DNA from: Entomortierella parvispora E1425
Taxonomy: Eukaryota > Fungi > Mortierellomycota
Length of the DNA stretch: 64,000 nucleotides
Direction: 5' to 3'
Assembly: GCA_020891255.1 (NCBI GenBank)
Contig: BQFW01000002.1
Span: forward strand, 2,976,001 to 3,040,000
Position 1 is the stretch's first letter; each line of letters begins with the position of its first letter. The position numbers and the translations under genes were made by a program. Below are positions 1 through 12,659 of the stretch, piece after piece. Below the pieces are notes generated by a model, which saw only the letters and a list, made by a program, of their open reading frames with translations, searched no databases and was not told the origin of the DNA.

Positions 1-345
1 CCCGTCGACGTACTTTGGAAGTTGCACAATCGTCTTGAAGTTGCCCTTGACGATCGAGTTGTTGCAATAAGGCTGACAGAGGAATAGAGGGCGGACCGCT
101 GATGGGGAGCGCTTTGGCTTGGTCTTGCTTCCAAACTTGCTACTGTTTAATGGTCACAGTAAAGGCCAAGATGAAGAAATGGAGACATCGTCAGTAAAGA
201 GAAAATGCATGCGCTGCTCGACTTGTCGACATCTCTCAGGCTGGGATGCATCAGTGATACCAACAAGACGCGTCTCTTTTCCAGCGAGAAGAGCGAGAAG
301 AGTGATGGTAGGTGGAGTGTACCTGATGTTGAAGAAACCGCTCAT
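1..345 (-). CDS. MOB2: MOB kinase activator Mob2 (NDR/Cbk1 co-activator), 5' part; runs off the window start
   Basis: Exon 345-323 (MSGFFNIS), GT-AG intron 322-143, exon from 142. The join reads SKFGSKTKPKRSPSAVRPLFLCQPYCNNSIVKGNFKTIVQLPKYVD, matching the Mob2 signature LCQP...VKGxFKTIVQLPKYVD. Not in the ORF track. Confidence 0.93.
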
Positions 346-1300
346 GGCTAGAAAAGTGGCTTGATGTTTCTGGGAGACAGAGGTTGAGAGGCAAAAGGTG
401 GTGGGGAAGGGGTGCAGGTAAAAAGGAAGGATGAAGAGATGGAAAGCAAGGGATGGGATGGGATGGGATGGAGGCAGAAAAGAAAAGAGAGGAGAGTGTG
501 GAGAGCGAGTGGGGACAGAGGGCAGACAGCAGAAGACACACACAGAGCGGGGCAGAGTGGGACAAAAAGGACACTGACAGACGAACCCTCTGTTACTGCA
601 CACGCCTTGATTTCTATAATTGACGGCGTCCTTTCCTGTCTTGACTGCCTCGCCCTTCCTCTTCCTTCCAAGACGCAAAGAGAGAAAAAACAAGTCTCTC
701 TCCCTCCCCCTCTCTCCTTGGCCAGTCTGCTCTCTGGCCAGTCATGACCCGCGCTCTTCCCTCGATGCGAGATTTCATTCCCCTCTGAACCCCTCTCCTT
801 GGACTGGGATTCCGTCGGTCGACGGAGGGCTGGCGGGCGGGAAATGTAAACACTTCACCGGATTCATCATTCCTTCCTTCCTTCTTTTTTTTTTTTTCCT
901 TTCCCTTCCCTTCCCTTCCCTTTCTCTTTTTCCTTGAACCCTGCCCAGCTCACCACTCCCTTTCCTCCCTTCTGTCTGCGACCTTGCTCACTTCTGCCAA
1001 TCTGCACCAAGAGCAAACTTCTGCATCTTCCCCTTCATCCCCTATTACGTTTTCACCTACGTCTCATCTGAAAACTCGTTTCTACAGAGTGACCTGCCAG
1101 CCCTCCAACGTACGTCGGTTCAGAGTAATGAATGCAAATGACCTTTCGACCTACAAGATCGACCTTTTACTTGTGTTCTTTGGACCAGTCTAGATTGGCA
1201 CATTAGTCAGTTATGCCTACACCCACCTTCTCTTTCTTTGGCATTGACCTCTACTCCTTTCTCTTTTGAATGAACTCGCCTTTTCTCCTTAGAATTCAAC

Positions 1301-3535
1301 ATGGTGCCTTCTAACGTGGATACGAACTTGCAAGCAACAGCGCCTTCACCTACCGCAATAGACGTGAGCGCACTGAAGGACAAGGACACACTCAGTCGAG
1401 TGGAGGATGCCGCTGTTGTGGACAGTGCCCTTCCCGCTCCGCAGACCATCACAGTGGAAGAGTCGAAGCAACTCCAGCCAATATTGGATAATAGGGATGG
1501 CGAGGCGAGCCCAGAGCTGCTTCCAAAAGCTGCGCCATTGCAGAGCGGCCTATCCTCGGATGTCGATGATGATCCTCAACCACAGATAGCAGAAGGCGAT
1601 GTCAAGGTCAGGCCAGGTATGGCCTCCGAACCGGACCACGAGCAGAGACGCCAGAGGTCCAAGAGAGGACCAAGACCCTCGGATCAGGACGTTGACATGA
1701 ATGATTCTCTACCAACTCCCGCTCCAACTGATCAGGACTCGCGTATCCCTACGGATGAAAAGTACAGACGCCTCAAACGGAAACTCAAGGAAGTCCTGGA
1801 GGTACGACCTTTTCTTGTAGTCATAGGTGCCAAGGAATGGAATCACTTATAGCTTACTCATCCTTCTAACTTGTCATGCTATAGGAAAACGAACGCTTGG
1901 GTGTAGAGTTGGATAGATCAAATCGCCGCGCACGTCATTTGCGAAGGGAAAAAAAGTAAGAAAAAGTGTTTTGCTTGTGGATGTTGGAAAGGCGAAGAAG
2001 GTAAACTACTTACTCACTGCTGATGGCACAATTTTGATTTACAGTTTACTTCTGGATCGTCTTTGCGCCTTTGAGCGAGACTCTGATTCTAGTCCGGATA
2101 CGCTGTCATCCATTGACAGCGATAGCGACCTCTCGGACTCATCTATTCTCAGTGGATACAGAGCAAGGGCTTCCCAACTCAGTCGCCCTGTACCTATGGT
2201 GCCCAATAAGAACCTTCAGGTCCCTGGATCTTACAAGGATACAACTACACCAAACACTCAGAATGGACAGCATCCCAAGAAGACAGCCGTCAAACCCCCT
2301 CAGAAGAGGAGATCACCGGCAGTTCCCAGAGAAGTGCCCCCACCACCGGTAGCCTCCGCCATTACTAATGTAGGCTCCGCGACCCAGAAGCCGAAACGAA
2401 TTCACCAGTCTACAAAGCTTCGTCCCAACCTGAACAAGGTTCGAAAGGTCATGGTGCTGGACAAGGACGAGAACGGAAACATTAAGCTACCCGTCACCGT
2501 CGGTATCATCACAGTCATGTCTATCGGACACGTGGTCTATGATCGCGAGGCTTTCCACAACGATCGATATATCTGGCCTGTGGGATACAAGATGTCTCGA
2601 TCCTACAACAGTATGATTGATCCTCACCAGCAAACAGTGTACACTTGCAGTGTTATTGACGATGGAGACGCACCAAAGGTAATTATGAAAAATATCATCT
2701 TGCTATCATGTAATGGGGTGAGCGGCAGTCTGTACTAACTACGATGCGTTGCCTTTGTCCACTAAATCAGTTTCAAATCGACGCCGAGGACCAGCCAGGA
2801 AAGCCCATCATTGCCGGCACTGCCACTGGAGCATGGACACATATTGTCAAGGCTGCTAACCATATCAGAAGACGAGATCACTCCAACTCGGCTTCAGGAC
2901 CCGACTACTTTGGTTTTTCGAACCCGACAATTGCAAAGATGATCCAGGACCTTCCAAATGTTGACAAGTGTACCGGATATATCATGCAAAAGTTTGAGGA
3001 GCCGTCAATCGCGAGACCGGAGAAGCGAAAGGTGTCTGTCCTGGATTCGTCCAAGTCTGAGCACGACGATGGAGAGGGTGAGCATGACGGCGACGAAGAT
3101 CAAAATGATGAGGATGAAGAGGAATATGCTTCTCTCGGAACACCAGGGATGAAGAAGGTAAAGCGATCACCTTCACCTAAAATTCGACAGGCGGGATTTG
3201 ATGCTCCAAGGCCGACACAGGAAGACTACGACGAAGACATTGAAGTGGAGGAGGAGGATGTGGATGAGCTCGAGGAGCTGGAGGGCGACGCTATGGTTGT
3301 CTCGGACATGGATGGAGTCGTCTCTGAAGTTTCATCAAGGGCTGTGGAGTCTGTTCATGACATCCCAGTGGTCATTGTTCAAGCGCCAGAGCCTGCTGCT
3401 CACTCTGTCGCTCCTTCCACTTCGACTTCCACTTCCGAGGCGGAGAGCCAGATCAAGCCTGCTGCTGCGCCTTCTGATGGAGAGGGCAGGGGACAAACTG
3501 CAATCTCTGAACCCGAGATCATTAATGTCGACTAG
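1301..3535 (+). CDS. TBRG1-like chromatin protein: INO80E-type coiled coil + FYRN + FYRC domains + acidic tail
   Basis: Four exons (about 1301-1801, 1885-1955, 2046-2678, 2771-3535). Coiled coil KYRRLKRKLKEVLEENERL...EKNLLLDRL; FYRN GIITVMSIGHV...FHNDRYIWPVGYKMSRSYNSM...YTCSVIDDGDAPKF; FYRC SGPDYFGFSNPTIAKMIQDLPNVDKCTGY. Confidence 0.88.
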
Positions 3536-4451
3536 GTTCACTCAAATGTAAAATACAAAATTGTACTGCACACCATCTGACATTTGCACATTGCACTCCT
3601 TCTGACATTGTACATTGCACACTCACACACACACACTCTCTCTCTGTCTACTCCCTCCTTCACACACACAAGGAGAGGACCTTTTTTTTTTTTTTTTTGA
3701 AATAACGAAAATAAGGGCCACTCTTCGCGAACGAAGAGTGACCCAGATGTAAAAATAAAGCTGTTGAGATGTCCCGAAGAACATTCACTGGACCTGACAC
3801 CCGCGTTGTGCAATGCAGGCATCCTGCCCAGAGCCCCCCTCCTTATTGATCAAGGAAGGCTCCAACCAGGTAAGTATGAGTTTGTAAAAGGTTGCAGGGA
3901 ATGCCTCCTTTTATACTTCGAATCTGGCGGAGTTTGGGTCTGGTTTGGTTTTGTTGTGTCTTCAACGTTCATTGGGAGGAGAATTATGTGACGCCCGACT
4001 TCAATTGGAATTTTTTTGAACACCCGTAGTGTGATCTGATTTCAATTGAGCCTGCGAGTGAGAAAAAATCACTTGGTATATGATTTTGTGGCTTGCGTGG
4101 TGCACATCTTGGGAGAATAGGTCGAGGCTCTGGTTCGCTGAACATCTGCACGCAGGGTCGACAACAAGACTGGGCCCAGTTCATTTTACCTTCCGGTCTA
4201 AATATCCGTGATCCCATGTCTGCTAGTGCAAACAAAACGTGGTGTCTAGTATCGGAGATAGAAAGAGAAGCTTGAAAGTCTCGCTTAAAGTGCCAGAGCA
4301 CAGCTCCACACTGTACTTCACCCAAAAGATGCAGATGGGCCCTGCTCGTTGCCAGAGCTGTTTTTATCTGTGCTCTTCTCCGCTCCGGCCTCGGCATCCA
4401 ACGGGGAGACTTGCGGCTGTTTATTCTCTCGACTGTCGCAAGCATGCCCCT

Positions 4452-4477
4452 TTGTTGTTGTTGTTGTTGTTGTTGTT
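4452..4477. repeat. (GTT)n microsatellite, about 8 units
   Basis: Read directly: ttgttgttgttgttgttgttgttgtt in intergenic DNA. Confidence 0.9.
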
Positions 4478-5269
4478 CACTTTATTGCACCCCGGTGGGC
4501 TATGGCCATTCGACGAATTACTGGAGGGGCCAAGCGTGGACACAGGTCAAGTGGAGACCATGCCATTGGCTCTCAGTGCTCTCAACAAAGAGAAATAAAT
4601 TCAAGGTTGGGGCAGGGGATGTGGGTTGAGTAGAAAGCAAAAAGGGCGAGGGATACGTGCGTGGATGTGGCCAGGACGCGCTTTGTGCCTTTGCTCGGTT
4701 GAGTCGCTGAACGCTGTTCGTCCAGGCCAAAAAAATAGAAAAAAATGACCAAGCCAAAAACAACCAGGAGGCCTGAGGGGTATTGAGCCTGGCCTCGACC
4801 GGTGACAACGCTGCTAGCAAGCACGCTGGCTGGTAGCTTTTCGTCGCACTTCCTTGAAATGAATCAAAAGGGAAACGCTCCGACGGTCCGACCGTTGGCA
4901 AAGGAACAAGAGATGCGAGCGGGAAGGGGAAGAAGCTTGTGCCCATGGTCGTCTTCCTGCTTCTTTCTCCTGTGGTTTTCTTCTTTTCTGTCGTCCCCTC
5001 AGTTGAAGCCTCATCCCTCCTCATCCCCTTCCTCATTCCTCATTCTCTTTCCTTTACCCATTCCACCCACACCGAGGCAACGGTGAACATTCCCTCCTCC
5101 ATTCCCCTCCTCTCCCTCTCCTCCCTCTCCTCCCCACTCCCTCTCTCTTCCCCTGAAACGTCCTCTCCTGTTCCCGCCGATACTTCCCTCACACGCCCTC
5201 GCTTGGGATCGACCTTCACTCCTCTACCTGTCCTTCGCCCATTTCTCCTACTTATCTCGCAACTCCCTC

Positions 5270-7920
5270 ATGTCGCGGTACTTTTCCAAAATCGTTGTCG
5301 CGTCCCTAATGGCCCTCGGTCTCGCGGGCTCGATGACCGAAGCCGCAGGAGGAACAAGTATGTTCTTGGTGGTTTTTTGACACGCCATTCTTCTTCAAGG
5401 GCGTTTTTATCTTTCTGATTGTCATTCGCAGCCCTCTTACATGAATCCCACGGAAACAACCCATGAGTTTATTTTTGACCCGACTCGACAATATCAACGA
5501 AACAGTAACATCTGGAACTGATTTGTGGGCAAACATCTTTCAGCCAGAGAGAGAGAGCGAGAGAGACGCTGCGGCAGACATTTGCGCCTGATGTTCCCAG
5601 GCTGGAGTGTTGTGTTTTTATGAACCATTGTGTCCAGGCCTCCGTTTTTTTTTGCTGTTTTGTTGTCGTCGCACAGAAGAGGCCTCAAGGCATCGAAAGA
5701 CGAATGAAAAAGTTCCAAGTAGAAGAAGGCGACTTCTTTCCAAAAGCCCTGCGAGCTGTCAGAGACCTACAATCCTTTCTATGTCTTTCTATCTTCTATC
5801 TCTCAGGCTTTTCATCCCTGTCCTTTATGTATTTGTGCCTGTTCACATCTACCGAAAAATTGTGGGGTGTGTCGTTCTGCCCCATCCGCGCTACCCACCG
5901 CTCGTCTACCTTAATTTTTTTTTTTTTTCAATTTAACTTCTTTTTCAAGTCGCGACCGCCAATCAGTCAAAGTTGATCTTTCCGATGGGAAGAGCGAGAA
6001 AGACGCGGTCAATTGTTGTCGCGCGATCCAGACTCTTCACTTTCGCTAATACTTTATTTCTTTCTCTATTTCTCAATATCGACTAGTCGGCACTTATAAC
6101 CTTACGATCTGCGCGGACTATGTCAATTATCCTGTCTGGCTGCCACCAAACATGACCATCGCAATGACAGAGGCATACTTGACTGCACAAGGTATGAACG
6201 CTACAAACTTGGCGTTGCTCCAGACTTTCCCATCATGCATGAGTCCTTACCTGGAGTATGTCTGCTCATCGGCCTTCCCAAGAGTGGTTAACACCACAAC
6301 CCGTAGGTTTTTTTTTTTTTTTTTTTTTTTTGGCTCAAAACTGTCTCAATATCATCTTTCGCTGACCTTTCTTGTGGACAAAATATGATCAATAGCTGGA
6401 GTGTATGATGTTGACTTTGCTTGCAAGTCAAACTGTGAGACTGTGGTCCAGCAATGCTCTGCTGTTATGGCGGAGGCTGGAATGTCAAGCAAGGTCCCCA
6501 ACTGCACCGCTGCGATTCCCAGCAGTTTGATCACTGTTCCTCCAAATGGAGTCTTGTTCCAGCCCAACGGTTCATGCAACGCCGTTACATCGTTGAGTGG
6601 AGGATCAACACCTGGAGCCGGCACAAACACCGGCAATCAAACAGCATCCTGTGGCGGCGCCGCATCTATCTTCACCCCCGACACATTCCAAGGACCTGGA
6701 GGCACGACTACAAATGCCGAATACTGTACTGCTGGCTGTTGTCTGAAATGCCCGGTCCAGTACTCGCTCTATCGTGAGGGTGCTTTGGAGACTGGATTCA
6801 AGATCACCAACTACACCCGCGCTGTCTCGATGGTGCTTAGTTTTATTCTCATGATGTCGTACATCTGCCTGCCCGACAAGCGATCGCACCCAAGCGCCCT
6901 GATTCTGTTCTTTGCTATCTGCGTGTTCTTGTTCTCGGTTGTGGTCATCTTCCCCTTGGTCAACACCCGCGCGATGCAATGCGCAGATTTGATTAACCCC
7001 AGTACCCAACAGAACAACCTCAAGTGCGCCATTCAAGGTAAGAAGGACACTGCTGCATCTTGCTTTCTGTGTGTTTGCAGGAGCAGTTTCTCAACAATCT
7101 CCATTATTATATGACATCCGCTTTTATAGGTGCCATCCTTGTCTTTGCATCCGTTTCAACCTGCGCCTGGTGTTCGGCCCTGATTATCAACTTGCACTTG
7201 CACACTGTCTGGAACTCTGCTTGGTTTGCCAAGAAGTACTGGCTCCTTCACATGGTGTGCTGGGGCTTTGCCATTGCAGTGACTGCCGTGGCGCTGGGTC
7301 TTGGCGAGATCAAGTGGGAGTACGCAACGTTGTGTCTGATCTCTCAGGACAAGGCGCCAGCCATTTTCTTCTACCCCATGGCGGCCATGATCTTCCCCGC
7401 GTTCTTGATTCATATTGCAACCTTCTTCCATATCGCGCGCATCTCTGCCCAGGCTGGCAGCGAGTCTGAGACAATGTCGCGCTCAACCCTGTCGGCCGGT
7501 GCCGCAGCCATGATCTCGCATCGTCGTCATGTCATGATGGCTATTCGCATTCAGTGGCGAGCAGCTGTGATGGCGATCTGTGCAATCTTGTCCGTGACGT
7601 TCTACTGGCTGTTCTACTTTATTCAACTGGGCAAGATCTCACCCGAGAATATGAAGACGCCATTGATGGGTTTTGTGAAGTGCATCGTCTCTGGCACGCC
7701 TCATGATACGTGCGCGGATCAATTGGCGCCCCATTTGCCTCCCTATGGACTGATGATTGCGGCCGAAGAATTGGTGTCGTTGATCGGTACCATCATCTTT
7801 ATCGTCTTTTTCAAGCCTGCGCTCTTGAGTGAATGGGCCGACTGGTTTGGATCCGTTGGATACCTTTTGAGAGGCAAGAGGCAGATGAAGAAGGAGCAAG
7901 ATCAGTTCTTTGTCATTTAG
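5270..7920 (+). CDS. Frizzled/Smoothened-like (class F) GPCR: signal peptide + Fz-type CRD + 7TM
   Basis: Exons 5270-5357, 6087-6302, 6396-7037 and 7130-7920 join in frame at GT-AG sites. Signal peptide MSRYFSKIVVASLMALGLAGSMTEA; CRD C-ADYVNYPVW...C-MSPYLEYV-C-SSAFPRV...A-C-KSN-C-ETVVQQ-C; linker CCLKCP; about seven hydrophobic segments with CAIQGAILVF after ECL1. Confidence 0.85.
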
Positions 7921-9134
7921 GGACCTGTAATCGCTCTCTTTTTATTTCCTACTTTCTACTTTCTCCTTTCTTTACTTTCTTTTTATCATGCCAGTTGATG
8001 TAGACAGTCTTTGTTCTTTTATGAAGTATTTTTTGCAATAAGTTAATAAGAAAAAAAAATGTATATCAAACTTCACGTAGATAAGAATGAGGTGGTGGAC
8101 AAGGGCAGCCTAAAGCAGACAGAGGACCGGGCGGACTGGCAAAACAGGCAAGTTTGCAGGAATCGACAGCACATGCATCGGAGTTGCAAAAGTAGAGGGT
8201 CGTTCATCATCGTCTGATGCTGTGTGGTTCGAAGGACAAAGCAAGAAGGATGCGATTTCCACAAACCGTGAACGCCCAACGGTCTGTTCTCTCTCCCCTC
8301 GCCTTGCAATTGCAGACTGAGAGGGACAGAGAGACCGAGAAAGAGGGAGAAAGAGAACGATGGCGAGGGAAGATCGAACGATCAAGAACAAAACATAGGG
8401 GTCGAAAATTGACGCCAGCCGCCCGTTCAAAATAAGGTCTTTCGGTATGCGGTGGAGCGAGCGGGCTATACAGGTGACTCGATGTGGACAATGACGGTCT
8501 TGATGACGATCGAGGAAGTACAGTAGACAGGGGGGGAAGGGAAAGAAGGAAGGAAGAAAGAAGAAAGGAAGGAAGGAAGGAAGGGCGAAGTCAAGCTGAT
8601 TGCAACGAAACGATACAGGCCAGACTAATTCATCAGACCCTGGGGTCCTTTTTGGCGTGACTCCGATGACTTCATTTCTACTTTGTACTGTAGAGGGTCC
8701 TCCTTCCTGCAGCCTTTTTTCTTCCCTTCATCCTTGCTTGCTTCTCCTTCCCATCTCTCTCCATCGTGCATTCGTACCCATTGCTGTCTGCTCTTCCTTC
8801 TCTTTGCTCTTCCTTCCTTCCTTGTCTTTGCTCTCTTTGCTCTCTTCGCTCTCTATTCCGCGCGTCTGCCTGTCGGTCTTGACTGGTCGTGTGTCTTGTC
8901 TGACTTGACTGTCTGGAAACATTTTTTTCTCTTCTTCTCTTGCCTTTGCTCTTTCTTTCTCTTTCTTTCTCTCTCTCTCTCTCTCTCTCCCTCCCCTCCC
9001 TCCTTTCTTTTCTTCCTTCCTCCCTTTCCCTTCTGTCCCGTCCTCTCTGCACTTTCTTCCCTCACCCCTACCCGTGTCCTCGTTTTTGTAAAGCTATTCC
9101 CAACTCGCCTCTTTCCCCCCTCCTCCTTTCTGCC

Positions 9135-11588
9135 ATGGGCAACCAGCTCACAAAGCAGCGGCCCAGCCACAAAGGACAGCGTAACTCGGCCACACTCGAG
9201 TCTTCATCTGTCGCGCAGTCGTCCTCTCAAAGCCATGCCACGCCATCGCCGCCTCGCAATGGAACCGCTACCAACAATGTCCTCAGTAATCAGCACAGCA
9301 CCGGTGCGACCTCCAAAGGCAGTAAACCCCCCCTCACCAACGGAGCGAACGGCCACAGCAGTTACAACACGTACAGCAACAATAATAGCAACAACAACAG
9401 CAACGTCAGCAACGTCAGCAACGGGCATGGAAACTCGACAAGGAGTTCTCAAGAGCAAAGCAGACGGGGGTATACGCAGGCGCCTGGCCTCCCTCCGGGC
9501 ACGCTGCCCGGTGCGTCGTCAGCGAGTGAAACAAAGCCCGGCGCTGCCAGGAGCAGTACCACAGGTCAGCGTGACCGCACGGGAGCAGAGGTGGCTGCAG
9601 GATCAGGATCTGCCAAGAAAGGGTCGTCTTTGGCATCTTCGGTGCCAGCAGGTTTAGGCCCAGGCTCTCTTGCTGCAAACGAGGCGCGCCACTCTCTCGA
9701 CAAGATCGCACACGGAACCAATGGCGGCCAGTCCGGCCTGAAGAGCAACCTTCCGACTCAACCTCCCCTGCAACAGCAGCAACAACAATTCTCCTCCTCA
9801 CAACCGAATGGCCAGCACTTGTACAATAACCAAGGCAACGGCAAAGATACCCAGCCACAATACCTGGCAACCTCACAACCATCCCAGCACCAGCAACGTA
9901 AGCAACCGTCGCCACCCCCTCTGGCGTCCTCCGTGCCAAGCATTCCTTTTGCAGTATCGACCCCAGGGAACCCCATCCTGGTTCGCAAGCACGGTCTCGC
10001 CCCTCTCACCATTCCACCCTCAAACTCGTCTTCGCACCCCAACAACCGGTCACCGCCACCGCCACTCTCGCCAAGATCGGCAGCTCAGACCAAAGCGGAT
10101 CTGTCTCCGACGTCTCGCTTACCTTTTATGGGACCCACTTCTGCAACTGACAAGGGCGGGAAGCACATGGACGTGGACGATATGATCTCGCGACTACTGG
10201 ATGCCGGATATTCTGGAAAAGTCTCCAAGAGCATCTGTCTCAAAAACAGCGAGATTCTCTTTATTTGCCAGATGGCCCGAGAGGTGTTTTTGTCGCAACC
10301 AACCTTGATAGAATTAAATGCGCCGGTCAAGATTGTGGGCGACATCCATGGACAGTACACGGATCTTCTTCGTCTGTTCGAGATGTGTGGATTTCCGCCC
10401 TCCGCCAATTTCTTGTTCTTGGGTGACTACGTGGATCGGGGTCGGATGAGTCTCGAGACCATCTTGCTGTTGCTCTGCTACAAGATCAAGTACCCAGAAA
10501 ACTTTTTCTTGCTGCGAGGTAACCATGAGTGCGCTAACGTAACCAAAGGTAAAAGCTCGAAATGATCATTTTTCCTTTACATAATTGTTGCGAAGGATAC
10601 AGGACAACAATGGCAATGAACACAGCTGGACAGAAGGGCGATAGAGGCTGAATATGCAAAGCTCAACGGTAGTGCCATCGATCGACTGCTTTCTTTGCAA
10701 TATCGCCTGATCTGATCCGCTATATTCAGTTCTGAGCAATTTCTGGACAGAGAGCAAGTAATGAACTGACAACAACAAGAGTCGCACGAAAGGTGTGGCA
10801 GAACCACTCAGCGTCTCAGGAATCGAAAATGGGTGACCGGGACCTTTGCCAGGGACAGGCATTAGCTGAGCAGAGAACAGACGATCCAGGAATGATGGCC
10901 GACTCTTTTTTTTTCTTCGTTTCAAACAGCTGTCGTCGTCCAGTTTTCGGGACTTTTTTTTTCTCCTTCCTGATTTTAACATTTTTTTTGTGCTCTCTCC
11001 TTAGTCTACGGATTCTATGACGAATGCAAACGGAGAGCGAGTATCAAGATGTGGAAATCTTTTGTGGACGTGTTCAATTGCCTGCCGCTCGCTGCAGTCG
11101 TCGCCAACAAGATCTTTTGCGTCCATGGAGGATTGTCACCGAGTCTAGGAACAATGGATGACATTCGCGCGATACGTCGACCAACTGATGTCCCAGACTA
11201 CGGCCTCCTGAATGACTTGCTCTGGTCGGACCCATCGGATACAGCACTGGATTGGGAAGACAACGAACGTGGCGTATCTTATTGTTTTGGCAGGAGCATC
11301 ATTCAGACTTTTTTGAACAAACACGACTTTGACCTTGTCTGTCGAGCACACATGGTCGTTGAGGATGGATACGAGTTCTTCAATGACCGAACCTTGGTCA
11401 CTGTCTTTTCTGCTCCAAACTACTGTGGCGAGTTTGACAACTTTGGGGCGGTCATGAGTGTAAACGAGGACTTGCTCTGCAGTTTTGAACTGTTGAAACC
11501 GATTGATCAAGCGACTGCGAGGGCGCAGATGCAGAGTCTGGCTGCGTCATCTGGGGGGTGGAGAGTCAACAAGCAGCGATTAAGGTAA
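9135..11588 (+). CDS. PPZ1: Ser/Thr protein phosphatase, PPZ-type (PP1 family) with long disordered N-terminus
   Basis: ATG 9135 gives MGNQLTK (myristoylation-type start), then a Q/S/N-rich region. PPP motifs [38 protein letters not shown]. Intron 10549-11004 restores [16 protein letters not shown] short extra 3' exon (~11687-11780) is possible. Confidence 0.93.
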
Positions 11589-12659
11589 ATGAAAGGCCTG
11601 GCTATCTCCCAGAGTCTGAACCAAGATACCAGTATACCATCAAGAGCCGTGTTACTGACCGCCCTTTTCTTTTGATAATTCCTTAGCATACCGGACAGCA
11701 ACTCTTTGTATGCATCGTCGCTCAGCACTACTGTTCAAGGATAGAGCCGATCGAGGTCCCTCACCTACGCCAGCCTATTAATCTTTTTCGTATAATAATA
11801 ATAATTGTGTTGCTGGTGGCGACTCGCGACCTGATGCCAGGCAACCTTGTACAATAGAACGAGATTGCTGAGGTGTGGTGTTGCCTTGCCATGTATTTGT
11901 TTTTCTATCCGCTTGCACTTGCTCCAATGGCATGATCTACGGGTGAGCTGGTTGACCGGTTACGACTGGGCATACGTATTTGTTCCTTTGTGATTGTATG
12001 TCGTCCCTTAACATACTCGTGGACAAAGTTGCGTCAGGTTTTGAATAAAGACATGTTCTTTTGCACTTCTTGTTTGACTCCTTTTTCAAAGAACTAATTG
12101 GAGGTAGTCCAAAAGGGTGGCGCCTCTCTGCAGCACGAGTAAAGGGGGCACATCTAGAACAAAGAAACCACACAGGGCGCACCAACAGGGCAAAGGAGGA
12201 CTTCCACCAACGGATTGCGGCTTCGCCAAGGAAACACAAACAAAACATAGACATTATCTCCTCTGTCTAGCTCGGTTTTTTTTCCCGATGAGGATCAGGC
12301 CCTCACGAGGACGACACAACGCGACAATGGGACGAGCGGGCAAACAGACACGCAAATTCCACACTCAGTCAGCACAACACCATGATGCGCGTGTTGGGCC
12401 CAAGCGCCTGTAACACGACCGCTTCCCGATCTTGAGGTGCGTTGGCTTTGACAAGAAACTCATGTGGCTGTATTTCAGACACAACCCGCCCTGTCTGATC
12501 TGCAAACAACAAAGTCGTGGACAATCGAGTACGTATATAACCGGGGACTCGATCCTTCCCCCCTCCTCTATTCGCTTCACTCATCTTTCTCACAGTTCCA
12601 GCAGCCCCACCCTGTTTCAATTGCCTTCACCTCCACGTCGCCCACGTTCTCTTTTTTCC

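Noticed and set aside
3764-4640. ORFs and a CAG|GTAAGT donor (~3868) between the TBRG1-like and class F receptor genes
   Set aside because: No coherent reading frame; the hydrophobic runs come from the (GTT)n microsatellite. At most an untranslated exon.
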